Of a stretch of DNA of 64,000 nucleotides, positions 41,949-55,360 are shown piece after piece. How positions within the stretch are numbered: the stretch's first letter is position 1; the number at the start of each line of letters is the position of its first letter. The DNA is taken from NCBI GenBank assembly GCA_951406725.2, contig OX597825.1, positions 47,678,001 through 47,742,000 on the forward strand, written 5' to 3'. The notes under the pieces were generated by a model. It searched no databases. It was not told where the DNA came from and saw only the letters and a list, made by a program, of their open reading frames with translations. The stretch comes from Octopus vulgaris. Lineage: Eukaryota. The position numbers and the translations under genes are program-made.

Positions 41949-42904
41949 TACAAGTATACAAGCGCACACACACGCACATACATTCTTCCTAGATACCTTC
42001 TCCAGAGTTGAATTACTGAACTATAATACTACATTAAAATCAGCAATCAGCATTCCTCTTCCTCTTGCCCCTCCTCCATCTCCTCCTCCTCCTCTGTAGT
42101 AGTTGCAGTAGCAATGGTAGTGGTGGTGGTGGTGGTGGTGGTGGTGGTGACAGGCAGTGTCTGCCAGCAAAAGACAAAAATCACCTATTCACTCGTAAGT
42201 TGAGGTGTTGCATACCAGACACAAATCTGCTACTTGAAACTCAACGAAATGCGTGTGTGTGTGTGTGTGAGTGATTGAATAAATATGTTTATTTGTGCGT
42301 GCGTGTGTGTATGTGTGTTGTTGTTGTGTATATTATACATACACTCACACGCACAGATAGACGCGCACTCATAAACTTGAGGAAATTGTTAGTACAATGA
42401 TTGACATATTTTAAACCAGGTTAAATATATCAATTAAGCTGACAATGTATGAAGGGTTTTTTGGAGAATTCCTAGCAACGGAGGCTAATCATGTTACGAG
42501 AAACTATGGAAGGAATGACGCTTCTGATCTTTTAGAAGGCGCCACGCTACAGGACTTGACCCTGCAACATTTTGCCAGTTATGTGAAATCACCATTGTAA
42601 ATATGAGGAAAGCTGGTGGCTTGTAGTTGCCATCATTGATCTGAAAGTATGGCTAGCATTTCAATAACAGCGATTATCATTAACTGTATCATTACAGAAT
42701 TACATTTACTACATGAAATGCCAAATAATATACATTAAATTTCAGAGATTCTAAACCACGACATGGTGTAGCAATGATTGAAAATACTCAATGAAAACTC
42801 ATTTTCTATAAACTAAATAATTTACATTTAAGTACTAATAAAATCTTTTTCACTCATGACGTTCAGTAATTTTGAACGTTTGGAGACGTCTTTAGCTATG
42901 TATT

Positions 42905-43480
42905 TTTAAAAACTGTCTCGGTGACACACAAAAATGTAGCCCGACTTCTGTAACATAGTGTAAATACAGAAATATATTTACAAGTGCTCGAAAGAACTCA
43001 CCATCGTAGATTTTGAAAACGATTCACTGCTGCATCAATACACAGCTGTGCGCGTCTAATCATGTTTAGGTGCATCCGGTGTAAAATAGTGACATCGATG
43101 GCAGTGAACGCATGCGTGATATTGTCCTTCAGTTCCTGTATTACGTGCAAATTTTTTCGTGCAATCTTAAGGTGTCTAAAGAGATAATAATCACACACTG
43201 GATGATCAGGAGAACGTGGTGGTTTGCAAATTTTTGCTTACAGTGCTTCAGCTTTACATTTCTGAATACCCGTTTGCATGACCTCATACCTATGTGAGAT
43301 GGCTGCGCCAATTTATGTGCTAATTTCTTTAGATTTCTAGTATTCCTTTGGCAAATGTCCTGAATAACTTCTGACATTTGAACTCTCGAGTCTCTTTGTT
43401 TTGAAGTGTTGCGCACTGACACTGAAGTGCTTCATTTCTAAACCAACATTTGTATCGTTCTCTTTGCCGCTAAGTAGATG
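42905..43480 (-). mobile_element. internally deleted Tc1/mariner-superfamily (rosa/maT-like) element
   Basis: CDYYLFRHLK..IQELKDNITHAFTAID..NMIRRAQLCIDA..FQNL is a C-terminal transposase motif. An N-terminal remnant lies upstream. Confidence 0.6.
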
Positions 43481-44193
43481 CTGATGGTGCACAGCAAACT
43501 TGGTTTTATATCAGAGTTTTCCTTCTCCTACATGGGTAGCCTTCACAACCCCTAAGGAGGCCCCATATGCCTCATACATCGGAACCAACTTCATAAATTA
43601 ATTTGAATTCATTAGGAAATATTTTCTTCTTTTCAAAGAGTGGAATTTTATATATATATTCCTCTGAGATATTCCATGTTTATAGATAGGGCGTGTTATA
43701 AGAAACGGCGGTAGTAATAACATCAGTCTTAATTCTATTATTGCAGATTATCTTTAAATGAAAGTATTATCTTTAAATTGAGTCATACTGATTTAAATTA
43801 AATGCCAGTAAAAATTTTATTACTTTTCTTTCTATAAATGTATCAAAACTGCTTTAAAATATAAATTAACATATATCATTATTGTAAATTACCATACAGT
43901 GAATTAGAATGTTTTTTTCTAATTTAATTAATATTTCTGAAATCCAGTCTTATGCTACGTAGAAAAACATTTAGTTGGGTGCTGCTTTATTTTTTTTAAA
44001 TAAGAAAAAGAAAAGAGATATTACTAAATCTCTATATAATTTTTCACTAACCTCAATATACACAATGACTTGTATGAACAAGGTATTTCGTTATGCAACC
44101 ATAACATGCTATAAAGTACATTAAATGTTTTTTATAAGTCAATACCGTGTCCTACTGTGTTAGCAGTGCACTTAAATCACGTGTTAATGTCAG

Positions 44194-44463
44194 CTCTACA
44201 GATTTTCTTTAGAAATTATAGACAGCACTGATTTTGTAACGATTTTGTTGTTATTTAAGCAATGAATTTGTAGATGATTAATGGGTTAGAAGAGTGCTGA
44301 TGAAGGAGCAAAAACTCCTGAAATATGACATGTATGCCCATTAGCATCTTTTTCATCTTCGATCTCTTTATTTGTTTGCATCTGACGTCTTGGATATGCC
44401 TTGGATACAAAATGTCGTAACAAACTCAGTGCTATCTATAATTTCTAAAGAAAATCTGTAGAG
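44194..44463. mobile_element. element with ~55-bp inverted ends enclosing a hammerhead
   Basis: ctctacagattttctttagaaattatagacagcactga is inverted at 44407-44463. Confidence 0.75.
44280..44342 (+). ncRNA. type I hammerhead ribozyme motif
   Basis: CTGATGA-aggag-caaaaa-ctcct-GAAAT-ATG-A-CAT-GTA. Distal stem I aatggg/cccatt. Confidence 0.7.
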
Positions 44464-46208
44464 ATAATCTTAATTATACACAATGTCTATTTTCGTGTCT
44501 ATCATCCAGTGAGTGGCTTCTTACTTATTTGCTTATGTTCCTAGCGCAATATATGTATATTGTTGGTGAGAATTATTTTGTCTGAGATAAGGTGCCATTA
44601 AAGAGCCATATCTTTTCTCAGCTTCTCTCGCAACTATTATCCATAATTATTGTGTTAAACGTATTTCTTTAGATTATATTAAAATTTTATCCAACACAAA
44701 TTTTTGACTTATTCTGACAATAGAAAGATTTTGCACGTTAGATCGTCTTCTTAAAATCGAGCCATGTCAGATGTGTTCAATTAGATAAAAATTTAGTGTC
44801 GCTAGTGTTACAATAATACATATGGGAGACAGTACAAAGCTACGTGGCAGTGTGACTAGAAAGTAAAGGCTAATAAATCAAGAGAAAATATTGTTCTATT
44901 TTTACACCGAGTTTCATCAAAATATGCCTGCATTGTTTCACCACTGAGCTGTTAGAAACCTTGTTCAGTCTATTAATTATTGCCGTTTAGATAGCATAAA
45001 AGGATAAATTTAACCAGTAGAATGAAAAACAAAGAAAATCAACAATTGTGAAAAGCATAATATTGATGGATTTCAACTAAATCGAAAAACTAAAAATGAA
45101 TTTAATGAAATACTTTTTCTTCACAGGGGCGCTCCAGAGGTCAACAGGGCAAATAATTTCTTCTTTACCTTTGACATTTACAGCTAAATTAAAATTTAGT
45201 ATTACAGAAACTAAAATATTTATAGTTATTGTTTCATATCGTTGCACCTTTACTTTCTACAGTTAAAATTTCCCCAATAACCTAATTAAGCTAAGTAATT
45301 TAATAAAAATAAACTTTAGAACCCTCAAATTTTAAACTTTCAATCAAGTGGCATGAAGCTCTAGTTACTTCTTATCGAAATATGTCAAATGCAGTATTAA
45401 TTATATACAGTAATTAAGTGCTTTGCTTTTAAATTAAGAGTACGTCATTAAGAGTACGTCATTAAACAGGTAGTGTAGACCTACATCTCATTGATTGCCA
45501 TTTCATTGTTCTGTAATTTCTTTAAGAAATATGTAAATAGCGGAAAAGGCTTTTCTTTTTTTAATTTTGCTTTTAAAAGACACTGACGACATTTGATCTG
45601 ACAGCTTTTGCAACGGTTGACCATCATTTGATGACGCAAGGTCGGTTAATAGCTAATAACTGAAAATAAATCTGTTCAACAACTATTATTCAATACATGA
45701 GTCATCTTAAAATATTTTAATCGTTAGCTCGTACCCTCTAGACATTTTGCAAATTACGCTTTCAACTCTTAGCTACATAAACAGGTCAAATATATTTTTA
45801 AAAGCAAGAGGAGAAAAAGGAACCTCTAAAGTTAATAAAATGACAGTGCACCCTTGCACGAACATCTGATATTCAATAAAGTTTGAAATACTTTAACTTT
45901 ATTTCGTGTTCGATTTCTGTCTGAGGCGAAATCTTTCCTAAACACAGAAACACGTACAGTTACATAGGAAACATTGCTGCATAGACACTCTAAATATTAG
46001 TTAGAGGACTAAATCTGTCGCCCAAATTTCCACCTGGTCCATGTATTCCTCAAACAGAGACCACTTCGTTTGTCAGGTCTATTGTCTAAGGATAGTTACG
46101 TGTCATCAACCCTGGGGAGCCTGAATAGGGTCGTTCCTGAACGCTGCTCTTCTTCGTCTGATTTAAACCATTAAAACAAAAACAAAACATAAAATATTTA
46201 CATTTTAT

Positions 46209-46590
46209 GGCGCAGGAGTGGCTGTGTGGTAAGTAGCTTGCTTACCAACCACATGGTTCTGGGTTCAGTCCCACTGCGTGGCACCTTGGGCAAGTGTCTT
46301 CTACTATAGCCTCGGGCCGACCAAAGCCTTGTAAGTGGATTTGGTAGACGGAAACTGAAAGAAGCCCATCGTATATGTGTATATATATATGTGTGTGTGT
46401 GTCTGTGTTTGTCCCCCCAACATCGCTTGACAACCGATGCTGGTGTGTTTACGTCCCCGTAACTTAGCGGTCCGGCAAAAGTGACCGATAGAATAGGCTT
46501 CCAAAGAATAAGTCCTGGGGTTGATTTGCTCGACTAAGGGCGGTGCTCCAGTATGGCTGCAGTCAAATGACTGAAACAAGTAAAAGAGTA
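46209..46590 (+). mobile_element. full-length tRNA-derived CORE-type SINE
   Basis: ggcgcaggagtggctgtgtggtaag (A box), gggttcagtccc (B box), accttgggcaagtgtc, and an aaacaagtaaaagag tail. Confidence 0.9.
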
Positions 46591-46794
46591 TATAAGCTGA
46601 AACGGGACTTTATACCCTGAGTATTACTGATGTAATAAAGCTGTTCTTTGTGGTTATCATGGTAGGGCAACAACATTCAAGGATTATTGTTAAAACTGGT
46701 GGTGGAATTGATACAATACACACATATTACATCTTAGTTCAGCCACCAATTGCACTCTGTGTCTCTTTGGCTCGTGCGCGTTCGTGCGTTTATT

Positions 46795-46971
46795 CTTTTA
46801 TTCTTTTACTTGCTTCAGTTATTTGACTGCAGTCATGCTGGAGCACCGCCTTGAAGTGTTTTAGTTCAACAAATCGACCCCAAGCCTAATACTTATTCCA
46901 TCGATCTCTTTGCCGACATAAACACACCAGCATCGGTTGTCAAGTGATGGCGGGGAAACAACCGCAGAGAT

Positions 46972-47044
<73 letters not shown>

Positions 47045-47185
47045 CCTGGCTTCTTTCAGTTTCCGTCTACCAAATCCTCTAGCAAGGCTTTGGTCAGCCT
47101 GAGGCTATAATAGAAGACACTTGCCCAAGGTGCTACGCAGAGGGACGGAACTCTGGACTATGTGGTTGGGAAGCAAGCTTCTTAT
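46795..47185 (-). mobile_element. full-length CORE-type SINE, inverted relative to 46209-46590
   Basis: Reverse complement of the same consensus (gacacttgcccaaggtg..cacgcctgcgcc). Confidence 0.85.
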
Positions 47186-50145
47186 CACACACCCACGCCT
47201 GCGCCTGTGTATGTCTAAAATACTTGTTTCGTGATCTATAACACATTTTTCATTGACTTTCCTCCACCAGACAATTTGTGGTTTATTTTCCCTAAACAAA
47301 AGGCTCTACACTTAGATTCATTTAGATTATCTGAATAAAAGATAAAATGGATATAGCCGGAACTTCCTTTGAGCAAAGGTCTACTGGATCAGGATTGACC
47401 TGCGGTTAAACAACACTACGCTAGCATATAGAAACCATTCATTTCTAGCTTTCTTTAACTGGTACTGTGATACACGTTGGAATTGACTGAATAACACTCA
47501 CTATTTCAACTACATTTTCTATACTACAATGTGCGTGTATGCGTACGTGTATGTGCGAATGTGTGTGTTTGGTGTCAAATGACATTGTCAGAGGAGCAGA
47601 TTAAGATACAAAGTACTAAAAGGTAGACAGTCTTATAGGTGCAGATGAACGGAAGTCGCAAATTACCATTTCATATCAGTTTCTTTGATTTATTGTTGCG
47701 TTTGCTCCACGAAAGTATCAATTTCCGTGACTTGAGATTTCTGATTAACTTATTGGCATTATTTGAATATTTTGGCAGCTTTGACCGAAATATTTCTTTC
47801 ATTTAATAAAGTTTCAACTTTTTCTAATCAATAATTTTTCTCTTCGTCTCCCCCTTTGTGTGAGTGTATGTGTGTGTATGCGAGAGAGAGAGAGAGAAAG
47901 AAAGAGAAAGAGAGATAGAAAGAGAGAGACAGAGTGCGTGTGTGTGTGTGTGTGTGCAGTCATGCATTCATATTTATTGGCTAACAACATAGTATTCTAT
48001 ACTTGTAGATATCGAAATGAAAATCTAATTAAAATTGCTCCATATTCTTACACAAACTCACACAATTTTACACATAGACATACACGCGCGCACGCACACA
48101 CACATTAATACACGTAAACACACATTCACAGACAATCGTATACACACGCAAACACTCGTGCGCGCTCATTTTATGGAGACAAATAGACATATTTACGTAA
48201 ATATAAATGTACAGAGAGTTTACTTTGTTGTCAATAATTTCTTGGATGGTATTCTCAATCATAGTTTTCTACTGGTAACTGGAAAAATGGTAAACATTGG
48301 TTGAACGATTAATCTTGCTAATGACTGTAATTGTTTCACTTGATATATTCCCCGGTCGTCCTCAGGTGTCTTATTGTGAAAACACTCCATAATATCAACA
48401 TTTGAAGAGTTAGTAGACTCATCAAATGTTGATATTATGACACATTAAAGAAGTAACCCAGATATATGGTTTATATCTTTAAATTGCATTCTGGGTAATA
48501 ATACTGCCTCAGAGTCGACTTCGTTCTTTATCAATACGGAATCGATTCCACAAATAGTGTAATATAGGAACTGATCCCTTCTATCGAACTATTTTCTTAC
48601 AAACATTGGTCTTTTGCTCACTGAGGTCAACTGTACCTTACGCTCTTTCGAGATCAATAAAAAAACGTAACAGTGAAGTTTTGAGGTCGACGTAATCAAT
48701 CGCTGGCATTGTGACAAAATTTGAAATAATCGTTTTTAAGCGGCGAACTGCCTGAATCGTTGTGTCGGACAAAATGCTTAACGGCACTTTTTCCAGCTTT
48801 TTTCATTTAAATCCAGTCGAGATCAACTTTGTCTTTCAACTCTGTGGGGTCGATGAAATAAAGTTCCAGTTTAATACTGGGATTAATGGTATTAACTAAC
48901 TATAAAAGCTTCTGACCTCGATCAGAAACCATTTCTGCTTATCGTGTTCCTCCATTTCATGGTGATGTGAATTATGCGAAGAGAATCGTCTCAAAACTGA
49001 TCGACCAACAATAATAGGGAGTGAAGAAAGTAACAACTTCATGAGCGCAGTGCAGTTTGTGAAGACATTCGTAAACAGAAGATAAAAGGCTAGAATGTAA
49101 AGAATACTCTACCAACTTCTAAACTGAACTTAGTTGAACTCCAAGAACTGATATGGCTGGGAGAGGGGGCGGTAGAGTTCCGTGTGTATTTATATCGCAA
49201 CTGTTAGATTTGTCCACAGTATCATATCTACAAAGAGTGGGAGGAGTGGCAAGAAGTGAAACAGCACATATTTGGCAGCAGTGGAATACATTCCTACAGA
49301 GTGACTGATGAAGTTGAATTAATCATTTTCCACAACACATCTCCATAAAGCAAAGAAGTTAATTCTAAAACCTTTCTAAGAGATGATTGCAGTAGATGTA
49401 CTAGCAAGTAATGTGCGTAGCCACTTCAACATGGCTGTTCCGTTCGAACGGACTCTATTGCTATTTTTTTACCCCAAGAGGACATCTTCTCTAGCTGCTT
49501 AATGACGCGTATCTGCATCCGATATATTGCGAGCAAGGGAGCGAACTTCTACCACTTTCTAGCGATGGGGGCAGCATACCAGTCTGGTTTCGGGCTATTC
49601 CTGGCTTTCTCCAGTACTGGACACCTCGTCTGCTAGAGATGGCAGTAGCTCGTCTCTACTCTTATAAAGCCAACTCAGTTAAGATGATGACACTGAGAAG
49701 GCGTTCTTAGACGGAAGCTAGCTTTTCCTATCGGAAAAAGTGAACTCAAAACTGGAGGCCTCCACGTTTCTCATCGAATTGTGTTTCTACTGCTTGCTAT
49801 GGTACAATATACTACCTAATATACTTTGAAATATTAGGCATTCCGGACAGAATACCAACCAGTCCCAACTTTCAGTGGACTGTCCGACACTCTGTTGACT
49901 CAGTCAACTAAGAACTGAAAGGATCACCCAGTATTCTACGTTGTAGCCATGGTGGTGGTGGTGATGTTATACTGAGCAAGCGATTAAGTTTATCAAATAA
50001 GAACATGGACAGTCTCTCTATAACATGTTCTGAATTCAAATTCTGCCAAGATCGACTTTGCCTTTCATCCTTTCGGGGTCGATAAATTAAGTACCATTTG
50101 CGTAGTGGGGTCGGTCTAATTTTGGGCCTTTTGCCTAGAGTAGAA

Positions 50146-50186
<41 letters not shown>

Positions 50187-50209
50187 TAACAACAACAACA
50201 ACAACAACA

Positions 50210-51024
<815 letters not shown>

Positions 51025-51061
51025 GTAATAATAATAATAATAATAACAACAACAATAATAA

Positions 51062-51092
<31 letters not shown>

Positions 51093-51148
51093 TAGAAAAT
51101 TACTATTTTTAAATCTCACAACGAGAGGCATCCAGCAACAGTACTTTG

Positions 51149-51522
51149 GAGTAAAGATTTTTGTCAACATAACATAGCAGTTCTGGTTGAGGACGAATGT
51201 TGCTGTAATTTAGGCCCAGGAGACATCGTCTCCAGCGGGCTATACAACATGATCTGTGTCCCTATATTTTCAAGAAAGGGAATCTAGCACCCCCACTCAG
51301 CTTAAAATAATATCTGTGTATCGCGATTTCCTGGTTATTTCCCTTCGCGATACACAAATATTATTTTGAGCTGAGTTGGGGTGCTAGATTCCCTTGTTCG
51401 AAAATATAAGGACACAGATCGCGTTGTATAGCCAGCTGGAGACGATGTCTCCTGGGGCTAGATTACAGCAACATTCGTCCTAAACTAGGAATGTCATGTT
51501 ATGTTGGCAAAAATCATTACTC
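51149..51522. repeat. 374-bp palindrome (two ~178-bp arms, 18-nt loop)
   Basis: Arms 51149-51326 and 51345-51522 are reverse complements with scattered mismatches. Confidence 0.9.
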
Positions 51523-51552
<30 letters not shown>

Positions 51553-51554
<2 letters not shown>

Positions 51555-52108
51555 GCCCTGATGCAGTACCAGGCAGTGGCTCTCATAGCTTCTGATCTTA
51601 ACTGATTGGAAGTGTTATCATGTACATTGTTTTGTCTTGGTATAAAAGATGGGCTACAGCAAATATTCTGCTCAATACCACAGATTTGCTTGTCAGTTGT
51701 TTGACCTTAACCAGTTGAGCATGTCCCTTAGTGGCTGACGATATGTGCATCTCTGATCACGAGCAGAAGTAGTGGGGGAGCATCATAGCCATGTGTTGAG
51801 AGGGATTCTTTGGGGTTTGAATAATTCACCTCTGGAAACATGGGTGGTTCTTTCAACATCCTTAAACAACCCTTATTCAGGGACCTTTTGAGCGGGATGG
51901 GCTACTCAACCTGAAGAAAATTCTAACTGGGCCCCACCTGCAAGGTCATGTGCTGTTTATCTTGATATGAGATCACCATGTCGCGCACATATGGTTGTGA
52001 TGCATGTGCCTGGTGTACCCTTATCAGACGGGTAGTCATGATGGGTATATTGGGCTTCGTATATTTTACCCCAGTGTCACTTTGATGGCATGCACTGCTC
52101 TCTCACTC
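51553..52108. mobile_element. ~555-bp non-coding repeat inserted within (AAT)n
   Basis: Flanked on both sides by (AAT)n. Homologous to 3010-3517. Confidence 0.8.
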
Positions 52109-52170
<62 letters not shown>

Positions 52171-52239
52171 TAATTTCTTTATTGCTCATAACGGCCCCGC
52201 ACAAAATAAAGGGACGACACAAAGGACAGTGGGGATTTT

Positions 52240-55200
52240 CTAACGTATTGTCCACACCGCACTTTGTTCATACACCACACGCAAAACAAGCATTTCACTT
52301 TGTTAGCAAATGTTTTCGGAGACGTCTATGTATATGACAGTTTAAATTTATCCGTCTTACAAGAACTAACCGCACAGATAACTACTCTCTACTCGCCACA
52401 AAACAACATAACACCTACAATTAAACAAGTTGAAATTATTAATCCCCAGGTTAGTCCGTACGATTGTGGTCTTCTTACGCTTACATATGCATTTGAGCTG
52501 GTCATTGGAGACTCTGCAGAAAAGTTTCGATTTGGTCAATCAAAACTGTGAGGCCGTTTTCAATTTTGTCTTGAAAACAATAAATTTGTTCCCCGCCCCC
52601 CAAAAAGGAAGTATTTCAAATGCTAATTGAACGAAACAACTCATGTTTTTTATCACCCACCCAGAAATGGGTTACTCCAAGAAAGACGGGTAACAGTTAT
52701 GACCACTCACAGAATTATCAACAGCATTTTTTGATACCTAACAGATTTCGTGTTCTAAGTGAAGATTTCCTTCAAAACACCCCAAAAGAGAGTTGATGCA
52801 AGTAATGCTGAGGAGTACGCTAGATCAAGAAAATCAACCATGTTAGAAAACAAATTAATTTATCAAAGTTAATAAATTTATCAAAGTTCAAATTTTCGCC
52901 AGAACTTGGACTTAGTTTCTGCCAAAGCACTAAGAATTTTGACAAACGTAAATTAACACAAGGAATATATCAGTTTGTTGGCAGTCACAAGCTCCAAGAA
53001 TGTTTTTTTGAAAGAATTAGTAACGGGGTGTCAGAAAACTCCATGTCTGTTGAAAGAAATGATGATGATCGAATCTGGTATAATTGGATTTTAAAGAATC
53101 CAAATTGGTATCTGGATAAAGTTCGGGAGGGACGGTCACAAGCACTATCGGAATTTCTCGAACCTCGTCAGAGAGGAACTACGGAAAGCCTTAAAACCTG
53201 TGAGAAAAAGAGCTGGAATAACCTTACGGGTTTGCAGCGTAGCGCACTCCCTCGCCTAGCAAACAATGATTCTACTGTTATTGAAATGACAGGTAAAGGA
53301 GGTCCTATTGTAATTATCGACAAGGGCGAGTACATTTCAGCATGTGAAATCTGTAGATCTAAACCTCAATTACAGAGAGGAACTTGATAAAATAATTTTG
53401 GAAATGCAGGAAAAAATTTCATAATTAACACGGAATCTAAGCTATTACGTTCAGAAAGAACACCTGCATTTTACGGTCTTCCAAAAATGCATAAAAAATT
53501 CGAAAAAAACTCTTCCATTGCACCAAATTTGCAGTGGGTATGAATGTTACACTGTTAAAATTTCGGAATGGCTGGATGACTTTCTGCTCTTCGTAACTAA
53601 AAGCTCAAGTACCTACGTTCGGGATACTATTGATATTGTTTCCAAACTGAACAAGTTTTTTAAACACCGAAGTAGTATTATGGACTGTTTTTTTGGTAAC
53701 CATGGATGTTTCTTCCTTATACCCCAACATCGATCATGACAAGGTGATGGAAGCATGCATGAAAGCCTTTGAAAAACTGTCAAAGAAAAGTATTCCCTCA
53801 AAGTTTCTCTGTAAATTATTAAAATTTGTGTTTATGAAGTAACACAATGAAATTTGGAGAAAAAATTTTCCAACAAATTTGGAATGCGCCATGGGTACCT
53901 CTATGTCACTTAGTTTCGCAAATGGCTTCATCACAAAATTTGAAATGCAATTAATGGAGACATTCAAATCCCTGCATGATCATGAATCTATACTCTCGTT
54001 ACGGTTCATTGACGACGTCTTTTTTATCTGGTTAGGAACACAGGATAGTTCAGTCAAATGTTTACATTTCTGTGACTACTTCGCTTTAAGTCCAAAATAA
54101 AATTCACATCGAGCTTTTCAAAAACTAGAGTCAAACTTTTGGACACAAAAGTCAAGTTTATTGGACAGCCGAGTAGTCACAGAATTATTTTGCAAACCCA
54201 CGTCATGTTATATTTATCTCCACCGCCCCTCTGATCATCCACATCATACAATCAGATCAAATCCGAAGTCCCAGTTTTTGAGGATAAGACGTATTTGCAC
54301 AGAAATTGGGGATTATTGGAAACATGCAAATACTTCTGTGCCTCATTATGTAAAGTGTGATTATAGTGAATCAATTTTTTAAGGAAATCGTGACTGACAT
54401 ACCTGAAATTAATAGTGATAATCAAACTTTCAAGCCTAATTTTAGCAGTCAGAAAAGAGTTTATGGCCGAATTGCTTTAGTGATTAACTGACACCTAAGT
54501 TTCGCTGGCATTTCAAAAGTGTTGCATGACAATTACCAACATATTTCAGAAAAATATCCTCATTTCCGACAAATATTTACTTTTCCGCCTATTGTAGACT
54601 CTAAACGTAATAGAAACATTAGAGAAATATTGACCAGTGTCGTTAATAAAAAGTCCATTGGAGTTTCTGAACGCTGCACCCCCAAAACCACCCATAAGAG
54701 AGGTAACGCCTGTTCACTGTGCAATAACATGAGTCAGACCAATTCCACCATGAATTATAATAGAAATGTTATGATTTACACAGAAGGTGGGATTTGTAAG
54801 GATTTCCATTTGGCGTATGCTGCAGAATGCACCAAACACAAAATGATTTATGTTGGTTGCAAAACGATTGCAAAAAAGGATTTAACGAACATAGGTACGA
54901 CGCCAGGCAAAATAACAGTGGTTCCACGGAACTTGCGGAGCATTTCACGAGTGTAAATTTGAGGAAGTCCTAAAGGCGCACATTCTCAAAAAATACCCTC
55001 ATTCTACTGTACATTCCGTCCTCAAAACCCATAGGGATAGATATATTTGTAAGCTGTTGACACCTCAGCCAGGAGGGATTAATAAAATGTCAGGTGAATT
55101 CCACCATATTTATACTAAACTTTTTGACTGAATAATTATTTCTCCAATTCTTTTCTTTCTTTTTGTTTTTTTCTTTCTTTCCTTCCTTCTGCTACCTTTT

Positions 55201-55340
55201 GTGAAAGACCAAAGCCAGAAGACATCGTTTTACTTTGAAAGAAACGCAGTTATTCCGGTTTAATTTTGAATGTTTCAGCGTTTCCTATCTTTGAATTTAA
55301 TTTCCTTTTATATTTTGAACATGTAAAAGATAGACGAAGT
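52240..55340 (+). mobile_element. decayed near full-length Penelope-like element (Neptune-like) with an upstream Ulp1/SENP-like peptidase domain
   Basis: In order on one strand: peptidase (52264-52600); PLE N-terminal VINLS..LGLSFC (52865-53010); NLT..ALPRLANN..IEMTGKGG; FYGLPKMHK; VTMDVSSLYPNI; CAMGTSMS; RFIDDVFFIW; KPT..SDHPHH; CSLC..C..AYAAEC..IYVG; GGINK. Confidence 0.85.
52264..52605 (+). pseudogene. Ulp1/SENP-like (C48-type) cysteine peptidase domain
   Basis: H (NKHFTLL), D (VYVYDSL), Q (NPQ) and C (YDCGLL) occur in clan-CE order. After a TGA it continues GRFQFCLENNKFVPRP. Confidence 0.75.
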
Positions 55341-55360
55341 CAATCTCTATTTATTACCAA

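Noticed and set aside
42040-42205. Possible host 5' exon ending in gtaagt
   Set aside because: Low-complexity sequence with no supporting downstream exons or coding signal.
52549-52551. In-frame TGA as selenocysteine (as in Naiad PLEs)
   Set aside because: The position corresponds to an expected Arg (likely CGA>TGA decay). The element has many other stops and frameshifts, and its EN is C-terminal, unlike Naiads.
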